Shown in pieces: positions 59,536-64,000 of a stretch of DNA of 64,000 bases. The notes below the pieces were generated by a model, which saw nothing but the letters and a program-made list of their open reading frames with translations, did no database searches and had not been told where the DNA came from. Every line of letters begins with the position of its first letter. Position 1 is the first letter of the stretch. The position numbers were made by a program, and so were the translations under genes. The stretch comes from an uncultured Eubacteriales bacterium. GTDB lineage: Bacteria > Bacillota > Clostridia > Christensenellales > CAG-138. The DNA is taken from positions 207-64,206 of the forward strand of contig CADBYI010000008.1 in assembly GCA_902798825.1 (NCBI GenBank). Reading direction: 5' to 3'.

Positions 59536-60935
59536 AGCTGATCTTTGAAAAGAGCGTGGCCGGTCGCCGGTGCGCCATCCTGCCCGCCTGTGACGTTCCC
59601 AAGGTGGAGCTGCCCGAGGAGCTGAAGCGGGAGGTCGCCCCCCTGCTGCCCGAGATGAGCGAGGTGGACGTGTCCCGTCACTACACCGAGCTCAACAAGC
59701 ACGTCCACGGAGTCAACTGCGGCTTCTATCCCCTGGGCTCCTGCACCATGAAGTACAATCCCCGCATCGACGAGGAGATGGCGTCCCTGCCCGGCTTCGC
59801 CGCTGTCCACCCCCTGGCCCCCCAGGCCGCGGTGGCTGGCTGCGAGGAGGTCATCGACACTGCGAAAAAGTATCTCTGCGAGATCACGGCCATGGACGAC
59901 ATGACCTTCCAGCCCGCGGCCGGCGCCCACGGCGAGTTCACCGGGGTCCTTCTCATCAAGCAGTATCACGATTCCCGCAACGACAAGGCCCGGACCAAGA
60001 TCATCGTTCCCGACTCCGCCCACGGCACCAACCCGGCCACGGCGGCCATGTGCGGCTACCAGGTGGTGAACATCCCCTCGGCTCCCGACGGCTGCGTGGA
60101 TCTGGAGGCTTTGAAAGCGGTTCTCGGCCCCGACACGGCCGGTCTCATGCTCACCAACCCCAACACCGTGGGCATCTTTGACGAGAACATCCTGGAGATC
60201 ACCCGCCTGGTGCACGAGGCCGGCGGCCTCTGCTACTACGACGGGGCCAACCTGAACGCCGTCATGGGCGTGGTCCGGCCCGGGGACATGGGCTTCGACT
60301 GCGTGCATCTGAACCTGCACAAGACCTTCGCCACCCCCCACGGCGGCGGCGGCCCCGGGGCCGGCGCGGTGGGCTGCAAGGCGTTCCTTGCCTCCTTCCT
60401 GCCCCACTCGGCCCTCATGGAGGAGCCGGGTCATATCCAGGTTCGGGGCTTTAGGGGCAACTTCCTGGTGGTGGTCCGGGCCCTTGCCTACCTCTTGACC
60501 CTGGGTCGGGAGGGCATCCCCGAGGCGGCCCAGAACGCCGTCCTCAACGCCAACTACCTGATGGCCAAGATCAAGGGCACCTTCACCCCCGCCTTCGATC
60601 GGATATGCATGCACGAGTTCGTGCTGGATCTAAGTGAGTTCAAGAAGGCCACGGGCGTATCGGCCCTGGACGTGGCCAAGTCCCTCATCGACTACGGCAT
60701 GCATCCCCCCACGATGTACTTCCCCCTCATCGTCCATGAGGCCCTCATGCTGGAGCCCACGGAGACGGAGAGCAAGGAGACGCTGGATTGGGCGGCCCAG
60801 GTGTTCCGCGCCCTGTATGAGCTGGGCTACAAGGACCCCGAATTCATGCACGCCGCGCCTCACAACGCCCAGATCGGTCGACCCGACGAGGTGAAAGCGG
60901 CCCGGAACCCCGTGGTCCGCTACATTCGGCCGTGA
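59532..60935 (+). CDS. gcvPB: glycine dehydrogenase (decarboxylating) subunit 2
   Basis: Start at MKLIFEKS (ATG 59532, overlapping the gcvPA stop). PLP site NLHKTFATPHGGGGPG. Confidence 0.95.
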   Translation: MKLIFEKSVAGRRCAILPACDVPKVELPEELKREVAPLLPEMSEVDVSRHYTELNKHVHGVNCGFYPLGSCTMKYNPRIDEEMASLPGFAAVHPLAPQAAVAGCEEVIDTAKKYLCEITAMDDMTFQPAAGAHGEFTGVLLIKQYHDSRNDKARTKIIVPDSAHGTNPATAAMCGYQVVNIPSAPDGCVDLEALKAVLGPDTAGLMLTNPNTVGIFDENILEITRLVHEAGGLCYYDGANLNAVMGVVRPGDMGFDCVHLNLHKTFATPHGGGGPGAGAVGCKAFLASFLPHSALMEEPGHIQVRGFRGNFLVVVRALAYLLTLGREGIPEAAQNAVLNANYLMAKIKGTFTPAFDRICMHEFVLDLSEFKKATGVSALDVAKSLIDYGMHPPTMYFPLIVHEALMLEPTETESKETLDWAAQVFRALYELGYKDPEFMHAAPHNAQIGRPDEVKAARNPVVRYIRP

Positions 60936-61906
60936 TCGATCGGCTCTTTACCTATGAAAGCGGGTCCCTTGACCCCTTTCTCAACCTGGCTATGGAGCAG
61001 CACCTGCTGGAGACCGTCGACGGCGGGTGCTGCCTTTTGTACCTGTGGCAGAACGAGAACACCGTGGTCATCGGCCGGAACCAGAACCCCTGGGCCGAAT
61101 GCCGGGTATCCCTTTTGGAAGAGGAGGGCGGGCACCTGGCCCGAAGGCTCTCCGGGGGCGGAGCGGTGTTCCACGACGTGGGGAATCTGAATTTCACCTT
61201 CCTCATGCCCACCGAGGACTATGACCTCGAAAAGCAGCAGCGGGTGCTGCTCACCGGCTGCCGGTCTTTGGGTATCCCGGCGGAGCTGTCCGGGCGAAAC
61301 GATTTGACCGCAGACGGCCGCAAGTTCTCCGGCAACGCCTTCTACCACAACGGGCCCCGGTCCTACCACCACGGCACGCTGCTGGTGGACACGGACGGGG
61401 AGAGGCTCTCCCGCTACCTCACCCCCGCCAAGGCCAAGCTGGAGGCCAAGGGGGTCCCCTCGGTCCGAGCCCGGGTGGTGAACCTGGTAGAGCTTTGCCC
61501 CTCCCTGACCGTCGACGAGCTCAAGGGGGCCCTGACGGCTGCCTTTGAGGCAGTGTATGGGCGCAAAAGCACCCCCCGGGTCCTCACGGGCGAGGATCAG
61601 GCGCGGGTGTCGGCGCTGCGGGCCCAGTACGCCGGCTGGCCATGGCGCTTCGGCCAGAAGCTGCCCTTCACCTTCCGCTGCGAGGGACGGTTCCCCTGGG
61701 GCGGCGTGGAGATTCAGCTTCGGATCGACGAGGGCGTCGTGAAACAGGCCGCCGTCTATTCCGACGATATGGACTTTGCCTTCCCCCCGGCCCTTGAAAC
61801 CGCCCTCACCGGCTGCCGGTTCGCGCTGCCGGCGTTGCACACGGCCCTGCAGCCCGTTCCCCACGGCACGGATGTGTTTTCCCTATTACAACAACAGGAG
61901 ATTTAG
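60932..61906 (+). CDS. lplA: lipoate--protein ligase
   Basis: 324 aa. LYLWQNENTVVIGRNQNPW, RRLSGGGAVFHDVGNLNFTF, GRKFSGNAF. Confidence 0.9.
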   Translation: MIDRLFTYESGSLDPFLNLAMEQHLLETVDGGCCLLYLWQNENTVVIGRNQNPWAECRVSLLEEEGGHLARRLSGGGAVFHDVGNLNFTFLMPTEDYDLEKQQRVLLTGCRSLGIPAELSGRNDLTADGRKFSGNAFYHNGPRSYHHGTLLVDTDGERLSRYLTPAKAKLEAKGVPSVRARVVNLVELCPSLTVDELKGALTAAFEAVYGRKSTPRVLTGEDQARVSALRAQYAGWPWRFGQKLPFTFRCEGRFPWGGVEIQLRIDEGVVKQAAVYSDDMDFAFPPALETALTGCRFALPALHTALQPVPHGTDVFSLLQQQEI

Positions 61907-61910
61907 CTTT

Positions 61911-63293
61911 ATGTTCGATTTTGATCTCATCGTCGTCGGCGCAGGCCCCGGGGGCTACGAGGCCGCCCTCCATGCCGCCAAGCTGGGCCTCAAGACCGCC
62001 GTGGTGGAGCGCCGGGAAGTGGGCGGCACCTGCCTCAACCGGGGCTGCATCCCCACCAAGGCCCTCCTCCACGCCTCCGGCGTCTACCAGGAGGCCAAGG
62101 ACGGCGCCGGCCTGGGCGTGATCGCCCAGGACCTTTCCTATGACCTTTCCGCCATGTTCGCCTACAAACAGCAGGTGGTGGAAAAGCTCCGCGCGGGAGT
62201 GGAAGGTCTCTTTAAATCCGCCAAGATCACCCTCCTCCGGGGCACCGGCACCCTGACCGCCCCCCATACGATCTGTGTGGCCGGCGAGAACGAGGGGACC
62301 TACACCGCCCAGAACATCCTGCTGGCCACGGGCTCCGTGCCCGCCCGGCCCCCCATCCCGGGGCTGGACCTTCCGGGGGTCATGACCTCCGACGAGCTGC
62401 TGAACGGCGAGGGCGAGGATTTTTCCTCCCTGGTCATCATCGGCGGCGGCGTCATCGGCATGGAGTTCGCCACCTTCTACAACGACCTGGGGGTCCAGGT
62501 GACGGTGGTGGAGGGCCTGGATCGGCTGCTGCCCAACATGGATCGGGAGCTGGGCCAGAACCTGGGCATGATCATGAAGAAGCGGGGCGTCCAAATCTTC
62601 ACCGGCGCCATGGTGAAGAATCTGGAGGCCACAGACGTCGGTCTGCAGGTGAACTTCGAAGCCCGGGGCCAGCTCCAGTCCGTCACCGGCGAAAAGGTCC
62701 TCTGCGCCATCGGCCGCAGCCCCTACACGGTGGGCCTCTTCGGCGAAGGCGTCCAGGTGGAGATGGACCGCCGCCGCATCCGGGCCAACGAGAAGTTCGA
62801 AACCAGCCTCCCCGGGGTCTATGCCATCGGCGACGTGAGCTCCCCCGTCCAGCTGGCCCACGTGGCCACGGCCCAGGGCATCTGCGCGGTGAACGAGATG
62901 GCGGGCAAAGCCAACGGGATGGACCTGTCCCTGGTCCCCGGCTGCGTCTACGTTCGGCCGGAGATCGCCGCCGTGGGCCTCACGGAGGCGGAGGCGAAGG
63001 ACCGGAACATCCCCGTGAAGACCGCCAAGGCCCTCATGTCGTCGAACGGCCGCACCGTGATCCTCAACGGGGACCGGGGCTTCATGAAGCTGGTGGCCCA
63101 CGCCGAAACCCGAAAGCTCCTGGGCGCCCAGCTCATGTGCACCAACGCTTCGGACATGATCTCCCAGCTTTCCGAAGCCATCGCGGGCGGCCTCACCCCC
63201 GCCGAGCTGCTGCGCGCCATGCGCCCCCACCCCACCTTCGAGGAGGCCCTGACGGGCGCCCTGGAGGAGCTGGCCGCCAAGCTGGACAAATGA
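61911..63293 (+). CDS. lpdA: dihydrolipoyl dehydrogenase (L protein)
   Basis: Start at MFDFDLIVVGAGPGGY. Redox-active GGTCLNRGCIPTK, and C-terminal HPTFEE. Confidence 0.95.
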   Translation: MFDFDLIVVGAGPGGYEAALHAAKLGLKTAVVERREVGGTCLNRGCIPTKALLHASGVYQEAKDGAGLGVIAQDLSYDLSAMFAYKQQVVEKLRAGVEGLFKSAKITLLRGTGTLTAPHTICVAGENEGTYTAQNILLATGSVPARPPIPGLDLPGVMTSDELLNGEGEDFSSLVIIGGGVIGMEFATFYNDLGVQVTVVEGLDRLLPNMDRELGQNLGMIMKKRGVQIFTGAMVKNLEATDVGLQVNFEARGQLQSVTGEKVLCAIGRSPYTVGLFGEGVQVEMDRRRIRANEKFETSLPGVYAIGDVSSPVQLAHVATAQGICAVNEMAGKANGMDLSLVPGCVYVRPEIAAVGLTEAEAKDRNIPVKTAKALMSSNGRTVILNGDRGFMKLVAHAETRKLLGAQLMCTNASDMISQLSEAIAGGLTPAELLRAMRPHPTFEEALTGALEELAAKLDK

Positions 63294-63778
63294 CCGACAG
63301 CCGCGGATCGATGCCCATACGGGTCCTATTCGTCTGCCACGGCAACATCTGCCGCAGCCCCATGGCGGAATTCGTGATGAAGGACATGGTCCGAAAGAGG
63401 GGACTGGCCGATGGGTACCGCATCGCCTCCGCCGCCACCAGCCGGGAGGAGATCGGGAACCCCGTGTATCCCCCTGCCCGGCGGAAGCTGGCGGAGCACG
63501 GCATCGGCTGTGCCGGTCACCAGGCCCGCCAGATGACCCGGGCGGATTACGATCGATACGATCGGATCGTCTGCATGGACAAAAACAACCTTCTGAACGT
63601 CCTTCGCATCACCGGCGGCGACCCGGAGGGCAAGGTCGCCCTTCTCCTGGACTTCACCCCTCGATCCGGCCAGGAGGTGGCCGACCCCTGGTATACCGGC
63701 GACTTCTCCGCCACCTGGCGGGATGTGCTCGAAGGCTGCGAGGGGTTGATTGACCGCACCCAGCCCCGCCGAAGCTGA
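63290..63778 (+). CDS. low-molecular-weight protein-tyrosine phosphatase
   Basis: VLFVCHGNICRSPMAE P-loop and DPWY motif. ATG 63290 overlaps the lpd stop; the alternative ATG is at 63311. Confidence 0.85.
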   Translation: MTDSRGSMPIRVLFVCHGNICRSPMAEFVMKDMVRKRGLADGYRIASAATSREEIGNPVYPPARRKLAEHGIGCAGHQARQMTRADYDRYDRIVCMDKNNLLNVLRITGGDPEGKVALLLDFTPRSGQEVADPWYTGDFSATWRDVLEGCEGLIDRTQPRRS

Positions 63779-63842
63779 CGCCAACGGCGATGCGCCAACG
63801 AACTTCGGCAAACATCACAACCAAAGGCAAGAATCGGCAGAG

Positions 63843-63871
63843 CAAGGCCTTTGCAAAAGGCCTTGTTTTTC
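63843..63871 (+). terminator. intrinsic terminator ending the gcv operon
   Basis: caaggccttt-gcaa-aaggccttg followed by TTTTTcTT. Confidence 0.8.
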
Positions 63872-63916
63872 TTATACTGTCAGTGAGAGAAACAGGCGAA
63901 AAGGAAGGATCGGAAT

Positions 63917-64000
63917 ATGCAATACGGTCATTTCGACAATGCGCACCGGGAGTATGTGATCGATAGGGTGGACGTGCCCGTGTCCTGGACCAACTATATC
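63917..64000 (+). CDS. GH94-type glycoside phosphorylase (cellobiose/chitobiose phosphorylase-like), 5' end only
   Basis: MQYGHFDNAHREYVIDRVDVPVSWTNYI resembles the conserved GH94 N-terminus. RBS aaggaagg. The ORF runs off the window. Confidence 0.55.
   Translation, partial: MQYGHFDNAHREYVIDRVDVPVSWTNYI

Overview
High-GC (by eye about two-thirds G+C), densely coding chromosomal segment whose gene content looks like Firmicutes/Clostridia; this taxonomic guess is inference only. Most of the window is housekeeping. It holds tRNA-Arg(CCG), a TPR/RCC1 membrane protein, a DHHW + MBOAT surface-polymer acylation pair, a ThrE-family exporter, and a MacAB-type ABC exporter with two adaptor proteins. 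It also holds ridA, ung, a KsgA-family methyltransferase, and a glycogen operon (glgB-glgC-glgD-glgA) followed by a frameshifted pfkA. Further along are a YgeY-like M20 hydrolase with a D-aminoacylase, a heterodimeric ABC exporter pair, ispDF, an acyl-CoA ligase and uvrA. The last block is a glycine-cleavage operon controlled by a tandem glycine riboswitch (GcvT fused to an SHMT-like domain, gcvH, gcvPA, gcvPB, lplA, lpd, LMW-PTP). One accessory island lies at about 34.97-45.83 kb. It contains an HNH nuclease remnant and a visibly lower-GC pair (lipoprotein phosphodiester glycosidase + 201-aa serine recombinase) separated by an inverted-repeat-flanked promoter segment that resembles an inverton. 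It also contains iteron/DnaA-box-like repeats and a 10-gene phage packaging/head/tail-hub operon arranged like the P22 late operon. That operon has no lysis, replication, lysogeny, ejection or receptor-binding genes. A second oddity is a four-helix-bundle (23S rRNA IVS protein / Avd family) gene sitting between two inverted arrays of short hairpins spaced by a conserved 9-nt motif. I saw no rRNA, CRISPR array or IS transposase. Many long ORFs in the six-frame track are antisense shadows typical of high-GC DNA and are not called.
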